This document shows positions 44,197 through 57,099 of a stretch of 64,000 bases of DNA, piece after piece. Under the pieces are notes generated by a model, which was not told where the DNA came from, did not search any database, and was given only the letters and a program-made list of their open reading frames with translations. The stretch lies in the NCBI GenBank assembly GCA_951406725.2, contig OX597823.1, forward strand, positions 105,338,001 to 105,402,000. The letters run 5' to 3'. The first letter of the stretch is position 1. Each line of letters opens with the position of its first letter. Origin of the DNA: Octopus vulgaris. Lineage: Eukaryota. Position numbers and translations under genes: made by a program.

Positions 44197-44628
44197 GGCA
44201 GCAAGCTGACAGATTCGTTATCATACTGGACAAAATGCTTAGCAGTATTTTGCCTGTCACTACGTTCTGAGTTCAAATTCTGCCGAGGTTGACTTTGCCT
44301 TTCATCCTTTCGGGGTCGATAAAATAAGTACCAGTTGAACTCTAGGGCTGATGTAATTGACTAATCCCCACCTCCCCCAAACTGCCCTTGTGGAAAAAAT
44401 TTGAAATGATTATTATTTATGGTGATGAGCTGGTAGAAAGGTTAGGGCACTGAGCAAAATGCTTTGTGGCACTTTGACCGTCTTTATGTTCTGAGTTCAA
44501 ATGCTACTGGGTAAACTTTGTTTTCATCCTTTCAAGGTCAATAAAATAAGTACCAGTTGAACACTGGGCTTGATGTAATCAACTTGCTCCCTACCCAAAA
44601 TTGCTGGCCTTGTGTCAAAATTTGAAAC
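44197..44628 (+). mobile_element. Two tandem SINE family A-related copies
   Basis: Two successive gttctgagttcaaa...catcctt..ggtc.ataaaataagtaccagttgaac units. Confidence 0.8.
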
Positions 44629-44705
44629 CATCATCATTATCATCATTGTTATTGATATTATCATTATCATTATCATTATCTATCCTTGTGGCCAATAAAG
44701 AAAAG

Positions 44706-44769
<64 letters not shown>

Positions 44770-44783
44770 GTTCATTTTTATAG

Positions 44784-45052
44784 AAAAAGTTGCAATAAAA
44801 ATTTTGGACAAAACCCGCCTTGATTTGAAAACTCAGCGCCTGTTGTCAAGAGAGATTGAAATTATGGAACACCTACGGCACCCTAATATCATACGATTAT
44901 ACGAAGTTGTAGAAACACTAGCCAAGGTTCATTTGATCATGGAATATGCACCAGGTGGAGAGCTTTTTACCAAACTATCGAACGAAGGGCGACTAACGGA
45001 ACCTGAGGCAAAATTCATCTTTGCTCAGATACTTTCTGCTGTTGAACACATG
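44784..45052 (+). CDS. NIM1K: NIM1-type kinase, coding exon 2 (subdomains II-VIa)
   Basis: Acceptor ttttatag at 44783. (E)KVAIKILDKTRLDLKTQRLLSREIEIMEHLRHPNIIRLYEVVET...MEYAPGGELF...AVEHM. Donor ATG/gtaagg at 45053; phases 1 and 0 match the neighbouring exons. Confidence 0.93.
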
Positions 45053-45094
45053 GTAAGGTTCAGTTTTGTATGTTTGTATATATGGTATGCATGT

Positions 45095-45434
45095 CAACTT
45101 AATCCCTTTGTCTGTCCTTGTTTGTCCCCTCTATGTTTAGCCCCTTGTGGGCAATAAAGAAATATATAACAGATACGTTTCAAGTGTGGATATTTATGAA
45201 AAAAAATGAAAAAAAGGCGGAAATATTAGCGTGCCGAGCGAAATGCGTAGTTGTATTTCATCTGTGCTACGTTATGAGTTCAAATTCCGCCAAGGTCAAC
45301 TTTGCCTTTCATCCTTTCGGGGTCGATTAAATAAGTACCGTTTATGCACTGGGGTCAATATAATCGACTAAATCCGTTTGTCTGTCCTTGTTTGTCCTCT
45401 CTGTGTTTAGCCCCTTGTGGGTAGTAAAGAAATA
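45095..45434 (+). mobile_element. Composite SINE A insertion (tail + spacer + SINE) with 11-bp TSD
   Basis: ggtatgcatgt at 45084-45094 and 45435-45445. Confidence 0.75.
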
Positions 45435-45649
45435 GGTATGCATGTGGTTAAGATGTTCAGCTCATGATCATACTGCTGTGGGTTCAATACCCAGACTGGG
45501 GTGCATGTTGTATTTTTGATCACAGCATTTCATCTTATGCTGGTCCATTCTATTTAACTGGAAAATGATTGCCATCTGACAATAATTAATGTATAAGAAA
45601 AATTATGTACCAAACCACATAGCTTCACAAACAATACTTAAGAATATAG

Positions 45650-45880
45650 ATTTCTTTATTGTCCACAAGGGGCTAAACATAGAGGGGACAAACAAGGACA
45701 GACAAAGGGGTTAAGTCGATGACATAGACCCCAGTGCGAAACTGATACTTTATTTATCGACCCCGAAAGGATGAAAGGCAAAGTCGACTTCAGCGGAATT
45801 TGAACTCAGAGCGTAACGACAGACTAAATACTGCTAAGCATTTCACCTAGCACGCTAACGTGTCTGCCAGCTCACCACCT
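45650..45880 (-). mobile_element. SINE family A
   Basis: Full reverse-complement copy. Confidence 0.85.
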
Positions 45881-46784
45881 TTTAAGAATAAATATTTAGT
45901 TTTGTTCTAAAGAGTATTTTTTTAGGTAACTGTGACGTTAGACAGGGGTCAAATACTGTTTTAGGGTCTCTGAGACAGTAGGGAGGATGGGATTAAGTTA
46001 TTTTCAGACTGAAAACCAAACCCATACAGAATGAACACCATCCTATCTATGCATGTGAATATATAGGTTTGTTTTTGTATTTATACTTAGATGTTGGTGT
46101 TTAAGATTTACATGCATGTCTTCACTTGTATTTGTTCTGTATCATGGTATCATGGTATCGATCAGACTATCAGATGTTGTTATACATCACTGGTTACAAT
46201 GCACATCACATTGTTTAAGTTTTTTAATAATGCCACGTCTCTGGCTAGGTAAGAAGGCTAATTGTCTTCTATGTATTTCTATAATATTTAGTTACTTCAT
46301 CGAACTTCTAGACTATAAATATATTTTCATCTTTTACTTGTTTTACTCAGTAGACTGTGGCCATGCTGGAGTACTGCCTTGAAAGGCTTAGTCAAACAAA
46401 CTGACCCCAGGACATATTTTTTAAAGTCTGGTACTTATTCTATTGGTCTTTATTACCAAACCACTAAGTTGCAAGGATGTAAACAAATCAAGTTGTCAAG
46501 TAGTAGAGGGACAAACACTAGTACAAATCATACACACACACGTAAATATGACAGGCTTCTATGCAGTTTCTGTCTACCAAATTCACTCACAATGTATTGG
46601 TCATCTTGAGGCCATAGCAGAAGACATTTGCTCAAGGTGATGCACAGTGGGACTGGGTCAGAGCATTCTTGGGAACAAGAGGGGTTAAGAGGTTGTTCTA
46701 CACTCCTCAAAACCCTGGAAGTCAGCAAGCCAAGGTTCCACAACTGGAAGTTTAAGTCATACCCAGGCTAATATATATGATATA

Positions 46785-47475
46785 CAGGGTGTCCCAAAAG
46801 TTACTGGTGGATTTCAATTTTTAATAACTTCTTTAACTTTACAAATAAATGCATGAAATTTTGATACAATATAAAAGACATAATAGAAATTAATATGCAC
46901 AAGTCAAATTTTGCAACACCACTGCATCACATATGAAAAATCCAGGCTAGTCAAATCTGGGGAACACGAAGGCCAGTTGACATTACCACAGTCGGAGATT
47001 TTTCTCTCTCCAAAGCACTGCCATAGCAACAGCATTGTTTCTCTTGTGGTATGAACAGTTACCCCATCTTGCTGGAACCATGTGTGAGGTCTACTTTAAA
47101 TGGCCTTTATGTTCCCCAGACTTGATTAGCCCAGATTTTTTGCCTGCGGGAGTACCTGAAAGAGAGGGTTTACATCAACAAACCAGAGACCCTTGTGCAA
47201 CTGAAGGAGAACATCAATAGAGAAATCAGTGAAGTGGGGGTCTTAAATTCCTGAGGTGCAAGTTTTGGAAAGAGCAAGGGCGTGCGAAGCCGAAATTGGC
47301 TGCCATTTAAGCGATGTCACTTTTCATATATGATGCAGTGGTGTTGCAAAATTTGACTTGTGCATATTAGTTGCCATTATGTCCTTTATATTATATCAAA
47401 CTTTCATGCATTTATTTGTAAAGTTAAGGAAGTTATTAAAAATTGAAACCCATCAGTAACTTTTGGGACACCCTG
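46785..47475 (+). mobile_element. Tc1/mariner-derived MITE with ~145-bp TIRs and TA duplication
   Basis: TA-cagggtgtcccaaaagttactg ... cagtaacttttgggacaccctg-TA. Internal WPLCSPDLISPDF fragment resembles the SPDL.P.D catalytic motif. Confidence 0.88.
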
Positions 47476-47941
47476 TATATATATCATTATTTCTAAGTTA
47501 CTATTCTTCCTGCATCTTTAGGACTTAGTCTTTTAGAAAATGTAGTGCTGAAATCCAAAATTATTTTGAGGGTCACACAAAAGTAGCATTGAGTGCCACA
47601 TATGTGACTTACTAGCCACTGGGCATCTACCATTGTGATAGTATCTGAAACAGATAACTGAATTTCTGTGTGGAGATTGTTTTAAGTCAAACAACACACA
47701 AACAGCAATAACAACAATACTATAATCAACAACAACAACAACAACAGTGATGATGGCCTCCACAACAGTAAGTACAATAACAGCGATTACAAAACACAGA
47801 ACAACAACAACAATAAACTTGGCAACAAGCACACCTCAACCATAGCAACAACAATAGTATCTGTAAAGAAGAATACTATGACAACGACAGGAACACAACA
47901 ACAACAACAACAACAACAATCACACTATATGTTTTGTGTAA

Positions 47942-47981
<40 letters not shown>

Positions 47982-48357
47982 AAATAAAACCTGGCTTACT
48001 TTTTATTTAATTCCAACCTAATGACAACCTACTCTCAACGAAGTATTAGTTTAGTTGGCTGTCTTATGTTCTAATATATATTCTTTTTTTTCTTTCTTCA
48101 TTCTGCTGCAGTTGATTTTGTCTTTTGTTGTTGTTGTTAATAAGGGTGGTGCATTAATAAAATTGTTAGAGTCAGACAAAATATATTGCAGCATTTTTTT
48201 TTCTGGCTTTTTATGCTCTGGGTTAAAATCCTACCAAAGTAAGCCTTGCATTTTATTCCTCCGGGGCCAATGAAATAAAATATCAGACTAGTACTAGGGT
48301 CAATATAAGTGACTAAATTTCTCCCACCAATTTGCTGACCTTATGCCCAAACTGGAA

Positions 48358-48404
<47 letters not shown>

Positions 48405-48405
<1 letters not shown>

Positions 48406-48618
48406 TCTTTTACTCTTTTACTCTTTTACTTGTTTCAGTCATTTGACTGCGGCCATGCTGGAGCACCGCCTTTAGTCGAGCAACTCAACCCCGGGACTTA
48501 TTCTTTGTAAGCCCAGTACTTATTCTATCGGTCCCTTTTGCTGAACCGCTAAGTGATGGGGACATAAACAAACCAGCATCGGTTGTCAAGCAATGCTAGG
48601 GGGACAAACACAGACACA

Positions 48619-48669
<51 letters not shown>

Positions 48670-48831
48670 GACGGGCTTCTTTCAGTTTCCGTCTACCAAA
48701 TCCACTCACAAGGCTTTGGTCGGCCCGAGGCTATAGTAGAAGACACTTGCCCAAGGTGCCACGCAGTGGGACTGAACCTGGAACCATGTGGTTGGTAAGC
48801 AAGCTACTTACCACGCAGCCACTCCTGCGCC

Positions 48832-48832
<1 letters not shown>
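48405..48832 (-). mobile_element. tRNA-derived SINE, family B, with internal (CA)n
   Basis: Minus head ggcgcaggagtggctgcgtggtaagtagcttg...ggttcagtcccactgcgtggcaccttgggcaagtgtct; (agtaaaag)n tail. Partial copies near 17920-18295, 19500-19730, 41250-41470 and 46330-46660. Confidence 0.85.
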
Positions 48833-48877
<45 letters not shown>

Positions 48878-49362
48878 GAGTGAGAGAGCAGTTCATGCCA
48901 TCAAAGTGACACTGGGGTAAAATATACGAAGCCCAATATACCCATCACGACTACCCATCTGATAAAGGTACACCAGGCACATGCATCACAACCATATGTG
49001 CGCGACATGGTGATCTCATATCAAGATAAACAGCACATGACCTTGCAGGTGGGGCCCAGTTAGAATAATCTTCAGGTTGAGTAGCCCATCCCGCTCAAAC
49101 GGTCCCTGAATAAGGGTTGTTTAAGGATGTTGAAAGAACCACCCATGTTTCCAGAGGTGAATTATTCAAACCCCAAAGAATCCCTCTCAACACATGGCTA
49201 TGATGCTCCCCCACTACTTCTGCTCATGATCAGAGATGCACATATCGTCAGCCACTAAGGGACATGCTCAACTGGTTAAGGTCAAACAACTGACAAGCAA
49301 ATCTGTGGTATTGAGCAGAATATTTGCTGTAGCCCATCTTTTATACCAAGACAAAACAATGT
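48878..49362 (-). mobile_element. Non-coding repeat inserted in (TAA)n, long copy
   Basis: ATT tracts on both sides; partial copies at 42815-42946, 43085-43306 and 63013-63170; no recognisable ORF. Confidence 0.7.
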
Positions 49363-49370
49363 TATTATTA

Positions 49371-49416
<46 letters not shown>

Positions 49417-49450
49417 CATTATTATTATTATTATTATTATGATTATTATG

Positions 49451-49482
<32 letters not shown>

Positions 49483-49652
49483 CATTAGTTCAAATTCCAC
49501 TGAGGTAGATTTTTGCCTCTAATCCTTTTGGGCGTTGATAATTCAAATACCAGTGAAAAACTGGGGTCGATATAATCAACTAGTCCTCTTCTCCCAAAAA
49601 TTTCAGGCCTTGTGCCTATAGTAGAAAGGTTTATTATCATTATTATTATTAC

Positions 49653-49688
<36 letters not shown>

Positions 49689-52600
49689 TTTTTTTTTTTC
49701 TTCTTTCAAATTTTCTTCTATTTCTTGCCGAGTGTCTTCCCGAATCCTAGGGCAAAGAAACTCATAGTATACATTGGTAGGCCATTAAACTAAAACTCAC
49801 TAGTTCGTTCTTTTTTTTTTTTTTTTTATAGAATAAAGTTAAATTAAAATACATGGGTAGTAATAGTTCTCACATCGACAATGCTCTTCTCAATACGTGT
49901 GATGTTCCAGTTAAGACAATCTTTTGCACTTCTTGCAGGGATGGTAAGCCAGGGATCATTCTCATATAATTTTCGGTTCCCTTCTTGATCATTCCTAGTG
50001 CTCCTACGATCACTGGTATTGTAACCGCCTTGAGATGCCACATTTTCTCAATTTCAATGAGTAGGTCTTTATATTTTCTGAGCTTGTCAAACTCTTTCGC
50101 TGAGATATTATGATCACAGGGGATGCTCATGTCGATCAATAAGCAAACTTTATTGTTTTGGTCTTTCACAACAATATCTGGTTTATTGGCCTTGATGGTT
50201 CGGTTTGTATGTACTGGAAAGTCCCACAGAATGGTTACATTTTCTCCTTCAGTTACAGCCTCAGGGTGGTGATTATACCACTTGTCGGCAGTTTTGATAT
50301 TGTAATGCCGACTAATTAGCCAGTGGAGATATTGGCCAACTCTGTCATGTCTGAATTTATACTCCACTCGTGCTAAGACTTTACATCCAGAGATTAGGTG
50401 GTCCACTGTTTCAATCATGTCGTTGCAGAATCGGCATTTTGGGTCTGCTCCATTTTTCATCACATTGGCCTGGTAGTTCCGGGTTAATAGGCTTTGGTCT
50501 TGAGCAGCCAGGATGAAACCTTCGCTCTCTGCTTTTAGCCCTGAGCTCCGCAGCCACTGATGGGTTTGCTTCTGGTCAACATCAGCTTGTTTGCTGCGGG
50601 TCACATATTTGCCGTGCAGAGGTTTCTCCTCCCACCTATCAGCCAATTGCTCGTGCGCTTTTTTCATTGCCATCATTTTCACCTTCTTTGCAACAATAGT
50701 TGCCGTACTTCCCTCGGGTTGTTCAGTTTGGGTATCCTGCACGAGATCAATAGCAAATTCTTTGCTTTCCTTGATGATAGAATGAAGCTTCTTTCGTCTC
50801 TCGTGATTTTCCACGAGCTTTAGCATCCAGTCATTCGATATTTCGAGATATTTGGCCAGTCCAATTGTGGTTGTTTTGTAAGCTATTTCAAATTGGATCA
50901 GGCCTCGACCTCCTTGGGCTCTGGGAAGGTAAAGGCGATCTACGTCTGCCTTTGGGTGGTGCATCCTATTACAACTCAGCAGCTTGCGTATTTTTCTATC
51001 TATATTCTTTACTTCACTCATATTCCAGTTCAACACATTGTAGCTATAAGTAACAACTGGAACTGCTAAGGAATTTATAGCTAACACCTTGTTACGTGCA
51101 TTTAGTTCAGATTTCAGGACTGCACGAACTCTCCTATAACATTCCTTCCTGATTTTCTCTTTCATGCTTGCATGCTGAATACCAGAGCCTTCATTTATCC
51201 CTAAATATTTGTATGTCTGTTCTTGCTCAAGCTCTCTTATGACTGTCTCAACATCTAACACGACTGAATTTGTGGTCTTCACTTTCCCTTTCTGGAAAGT
51301 GGCCTTGGCACACTTCTCAAGTCCAAACTCCATCCCGATGTCATCGCTGAATGCTTTCACGGTGCGCAATAGGCCTTCAAGTTCATTATTGTCTTTACCA
51401 TAAAGTTTTAAGTCATCCATATAAAATAGATGGCTTATTTTTTTATTGGCAATTTTATACCCACACCCTGTTCTGTTTAATTCACTTGTAAGGGGTATTA
51501 GGGCTATGCAGAATATTAAAGGTGAAAGTGAGTCACCTTGAAAAATTCCACAGTTGATGTTTATATTTTCTGAGACAAGTACTCCATTAGAGTGGTATAA
51601 TTGGAGATTCGTATTCCACAACGACATATTGTGCTTCAGGAAGTTTGAAATCACAGGGGAAATTTTGAAGATGTCCAGCGATTTCAAGATCCATGAATGC
51701 GGTATACTGTCGAAGGCCTTTTTATAGTCAATCCATGCGGTGCTGAGATTTCTGCGCTTGTTGTGACAGTTCTCAAGGATCATACGATTGATTAGCAGTT
51801 GATCTTTGCATCCGTAAGAGCCTCGGCGGCACCCTTTTTGTTCAATGGGGAAAATATCGTTCTTCTCCATGAATGCATATGTTTTCTCCGCCAGGATAGA
51901 TGTTAGGATTTTATACGTGGTGGATAGACAGGTTATGGGCCGATAGTTGTTTGGAAGGTTGGTTTCGTTATTCTTTGGGAGTAGGTAAGTAATGCCACTT
52001 GCTAACCATTCAGGTGTTTTCTTTGGGTCTCTCAAAATTCCATTGAGCAGCTGAACTAGCTTACCGTGTGCGCACGGGAGCGATGCGAGCCAGAAATTCG
52101 GCACCCTATCTTTACCGGGGGATTTCCAATTATGGGCCTTCGTGAGTGCCTTTCTTAGGTCTGCTATTGTGATGTCTTCCCATGCTTGTTGTTGTAAATT
52201 TTGGTAGGATCCTTCAGTTTGTATAATCCAGTCTGCATTTATGTTGTACGTCTTCTTGTCACTCCAAATCCTTTCCAAAAGTTTTGAACTTCTTCCATGG
52301 GAGGGGGTCTTTAACGGTTACTTTCTCCTTCCCTATTTCTCTGTAGAATTTTTTGGCATTGGATGTGAACAGCTTATTGTGCTTGTAAAACTTGTTTCTC
52401 TTCTCAAATCTTCGTATTCTTTGGGCTTTTGCTTGGACTTTTTGTTTCAGCGTTTCTTTTATTGATATCAGTTCTTCTCTTGGTGAGGATCCAAATTTTC
52501 TCTTCATCTTTCTTCCTGTTCTGGATCTTACATCATTTCCACATATTAGTTCATTTAATATTGATATTTCCCCTCTCATAAATTCAATCTCTTTTTCAAT

Positions 52601-54096
52601 TTTACTTCTCCAGGTTTGATTTCTTCCCAGGTTTTGTTTTCTTTGTTTTTTCGGGGGCATACAGCTGGTTTCAATTGCCCTAGCAGAAGCGTAAATAATT
52701 TCATTTAACTCAGTAAAATCAGGTTTTAATTCTCGTATTATTTCATTTGTTACATAGTTGCCAATTTGGATTTGTTTTTTATTTTGGTTTGTATTTGAGA
52801 GTTTATGAAGCGGTTCTCTATCATTCATACTTGTATGTCTTACAACTTCAAGCGTATTCAGGATTTTCTGCCTCATTTCTGCCATAGACTCTCTGTGTTC
52901 TTCAGCAAATGCGAGATCTTCAGTTACTGTTGTTTTTTCGTTTTCCTGGCTATCTTTAACAGGTACAATAGAATTTCTTGTATCTTCAGGCCTTTTGCGT
53001 ACTTTGGTCAGATGGCAGTCTTTCAATTAAGCCTCGTGGCGGGCTATACTGTTCATCTGATTCTTCATTTCCTTTGTGTCTTATATTTATGTCATTTTCC
53101 GTTGCGTGCTTGATCGCACTTATTTCACTGTCTGTGAGTCTGTTATTTCTAAAGATATCCCTCCTCACATTTGCTAATTTGTTCTCGTCCAAATAGGGCC
53201 TACTGTCTTGATTCCGTGTTCTCCATATACTGTAAGAGTTTGCGGTGTGTCTCTCTTGAGATGGCCTACCTAATGCATAGTAATAAGCGTATATTACTTC
53301 TTTATACTCTTCTCGGGTCCATTTGTTCCGCTTACATTTTTCTTTCTGTGGTGGTTGTGGTGGTGAACTTGGAGGGCTCGAGTTGGGGGATTTCCCGTTC
53401 AAGTGACCATCCATGTCCGTATTCGGAGAAGAGTTTGTGCCAGTTGATGACTTTTCGATCCCAGGCTGGCTCTTCCCTGGGGGACGCGCTTCCAGATTAA
53501 CCATAGGACAAGCGATTTGGTATACTGATTTAGTTTTCCTTTTAGTTTCCAAACACATTTTGGTGCTACGATAATGTTATCATTTTTTAGCTTTGATTGG
53601 CTCGTGGGGAGACGGCCATCATTGCCGTTACAATTATAATCGTACCATTATAGCAGCCGTAGTCGGCTTATTATTGTTATTATCTTCACCATTACCATCA
53701 CTATCATCATTATCACCACCATTACCATCATCATTATCATCATCACCATCACCATCACCACCATCATCATCAATGATATTGTTTTATGTGTAGTCACAGC
53801 AGTATCTTATTATTGTTATTTTTGTTTTTTTTATCATTATCACCATCACAGTAGTGTCGGTCTGTCTCGTTGGCTGGCTTGGTGGTTGGCTGGCTGACTG
53901 TCTTCAATGCCAGAGTTCTTGCCTGTCAAATAATACTTTCATATTTGGTTAACAATAGAGCCTAGGTGAGGTTTGTGTGTGTATGTGTGTGTAGATAGAT
54001 AGATAGAATATCAGCACTATTACTATCTTTTTTTTTTTTTTTTTTGGGTGGGGTCAAAAAAAGTTCAGATGTTTACTACTATTAGCCTTAAGAAAA
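49689..54096 (-). mobile_element. Near full-length R4/Dong-clade non-LTR retrotransposon (RT + restriction-like endonuclease); ORF 53558-49870 with frameshifts
   Basis: N-terminal KWTREE motif. RT: KSPGKD, NYRPITCL, EQKG, WIDYKKAFDSIPH, GIFQGDSLSP, LFYMDDLKL, YKYLG. CCHC finger CRFC...HLISGC, RHD, KPDIVV..IDMSIP..K..KY. (ATT)n on both flanks; 5' boundary approximate. Confidence 0.92.
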
Positions 54097-54153
<57 letters not shown>

Positions 54154-54154
<1 letters not shown>

Positions 54155-55804
54155 TGTTTGACTTTTGCTTTATGTCTGTACAAGTTGGCTCCAAGTCTCA
54201 CCCAGAGACCTCAAGAGACAACAGGTTGGAAGTTCTATGCCATATATTTGGGGTTTTTTATTGTTTTTTTTTTGGTATTGTACTAGTGAATGTCTAATAC
54301 ATAAAAAAAAATTTTTTTTTAAATAAATAAAAAAAAGTTTATTTTAAACCTTGGGATTACATAGAGAGTATTTTGCGTAGGATATGAGCAGTTCCCATGA
54401 GCACTATCTTTTGAATTTCTGCCATTTTGGTGTTTCCTGGTATCTGAGTTAGGTAGCTATCTGCCCCTTTTGCTATCATTCCCAGGGCACCTATGACAAC
54501 AGGTATTGTTTTAGTCTTCAGCTTCCACATTTTACTGATTTCTATTTCAAGATCTTTATATTTGCTCAGTTTTTGGTAGGTCTTGACAGATACGTTTATA
54601 TCGATTGGGACAGTCATATCAATGAGGAGGCATGTTCTTTGTCTGAAGTCTTTCAATATGATTTCTGGCCTATTTGCATCTATCTTCCTGTCAGTTTGAA
54701 TGGTGAAGTTCCAGAGGAGTGAGATGTGATCATTTTCAAGCACTGGAGGTGGATTGTGTTCCCACCAGTTTTTTGTCATGGGGCAAATCCAGGTTTTTGC
54801 AAATTACCCAGTGAATATATTGTGCAGCTCTATCATGCCTATTGAGGTACTCTGTAGGCGTTAGAAGACTGCATTTGGAGACAACATGATCAATGGTTTC
54901 ATTTTGTTGTCGGCATACATGACATGTTGGGCTACTGCCGTTCTTTAATATGTTGGCCTGGTAGTTTCTCGTTGGTAGGCCTTGATCTTGAGCTGCTATG
55001 ATAAACCTCTCTGTTTCAGATTTTAAGCCAGTGGCCATTAGCCATTGATGGGTCAGGGCTTTGTCGATATCTGCATTATTCGCTCTCTTTGGGTATTTGC
55101 CATAGAGAGGTTTTTCTTTCCATTTATCATTCAGAATATCTAAGGCCGCAGATTTAGCACGGGTTTTCATGCGCTTAGCTTTTTCTGTGCCTGTTTCTTG
55201 TATGTCTATCTCTAATTCCGAAATTTGTTGTATTCGGAATTCACTTAGATATTCCTTTGCCTGTTTTGTTACTGAGTATGATGCTTTCTTGTTTTCATGT
55301 TTTGAGACAAGTTTTAACATCCAGTCCTCAGAGTTTTTCAGGTAGGTGTCTAGGCCAATTGTAGCAATCTTCATTGTTATTGCCAGTTGTAAAAGTCCAC
55401 GGCCTCCTTCTTTTCTTGGCAGATAGAGTCGTTCTGTATCTGCCTTAGGGTGGTGCATTCTATGCATTGTCAACAGTTTCCTTATTTTTCTGTCGAGCTG
55501 ACATATTTCAGTAATTGACCAGTTAACGATATTGAAACTGTAAGTCACGACTGGTATGACTAATGCATGATTGCTTCGATCCTGTTTCTTGCATTCAGCT
55601 CTGTCTTGAGTATTGCTCTCACTCTTCGATAGCATTCTCTCCTGATCCTTTCCTTCATCTCTGAATGCCTTATTCCGTTCCCTTCAATTACCCCTAGGTA
55701 CTTGTAGCTCTCCGCTGGGTCTAGTTCTTTTATGACATTCTGCTGGTCAAGGTCAACGTTAGATGTTTCTGTCATTTTTCCTTTGATAAAGGTAGCTTTT
55801 GCAC

Positions 55805-55807
<3 letters not shown>
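54154..55807 (-). mobile_element. 5'-truncated R4/Dong LINE (subfamily B) in (TAA)n
   Basis: KCAKATF, YKYLG, HHPKAD.ERLYLPRKEGGRGL, CHVC...H...C, RHD, RLE region; two frameshifts; ATT flanks. Confidence 0.9.
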
Positions 55808-55870
<63 letters not shown>

Positions 55871-56089
55871 CATTGCTATTCTTATTACAATTCAATGCAA
55901 TAAGCTGGCAGAATAATTAGATCATTGGAAAAATGTTTTGCAGTTTTTGTCCTATATTCTGAGCTAGAATTCTGCAGAAGTCAATTTTTCTTTATATCCC
56001 CTCCTGGGATGATGAAATAAAGTATCAGTTAAGTACTGGTTTCAATATAATTCATTAACCTCACTCAAAAATTGTGTACATGCTGGTTT

Positions 56090-56640
56090 TTGAGACTCTC
56101 TTTGGATGCTTGATGTTCCGGGCTCTTTTATGCAATCTGACAAATGCACAGTTTGCCTTTACTTGTATATTGCCAACATCTTTGTAGATCTTGGCATCTG
56201 ACAAGATGATGTATCCTAGGTAGAGGAACTGGTGAACTGTATTCAGCTCTGTCTCACTAATGACGATGCAAGGTAGGTAGTGATCATTCTGAGATGTAGG
56301 TGGTAGCGTGAGGATATCTGTCTTTGTCCAACTGACTTTTGGTATTAGGAACTCAGCTGTCTCAAAAAGTTATAAACTGCAGGGCTGAATTTATATGGGC
56401 AACAGGGGCAGCATTGTTAGTGAAGAGCTGCTCCCCGATGTGTTAATCATCTTGATATAGGACTATAGTTGCCTTAGAGTGCCATCTCTGCAGTATTGGA
56501 TGTAAAGAACATCCTTCTTATTGAGACCTTCTGTGGCCCTTATGACAATCATATTAAAGAAGATGGTAAAAAGGGACTGTGGCAAGAGCTTTAAGGGATC
56601 ATAGTTTTGGCTTCATCTCAATGACCCTCATGTATCTAGA
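56090..56640 (-). pseudogene. Degraded RTE/BovB-like RT fragment
   Basis: LFTNNAAL (FADD-like) and ELNTVHQFLYLG.IILSDA.I..DV...KAN.AF. Confidence 0.6.
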
Positions 56641-57099
56641 TGACTATGTTGTTGTTAAGCAACAAGACGGGTAAGGGTGATTAGGTGATGGTCTAGGGCT
56701 TAGGGGCAGGCGACCCCAGACCTTGGAAAAAAAAAAAAACTTTGGTCGTCTTGTTGTAGTTGAGGGTACTTCATTGACGCCTGACACCACTGGGAGGTGG
56801 CCCTTGAAGTCGCTGGAAATGGAAATCTCCAGGTCCAAATTCTTGAACGGCAGATGAACTATGTTGAGAAGTTTGGTGGTGAGAGACATCCCAGTTGTTA
56901 AGAATTAAATGTTAGGATTAAGTGAGAAATAAACATCATTGGCTGAATGTGACCCTCTGACCCATTGATTATTTATTAGTTATCCCATGCTCTATTAATT
57001 CCTGCTGTTTCATACTCCTTCAGATCCTCATAAGTATTTACCTACACACCTGATTCCATTTCACCTTCACTAATCTCATCTCTGTTCTTTCTATTCCAG

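Noticed and set aside
53560-54096. HDV-like ribozyme at the Dong 5' end
   Set aside because: Some R2/R4 elements have one, but I could not find the nested pseudoknot by eye; the region is mostly simple repeats.
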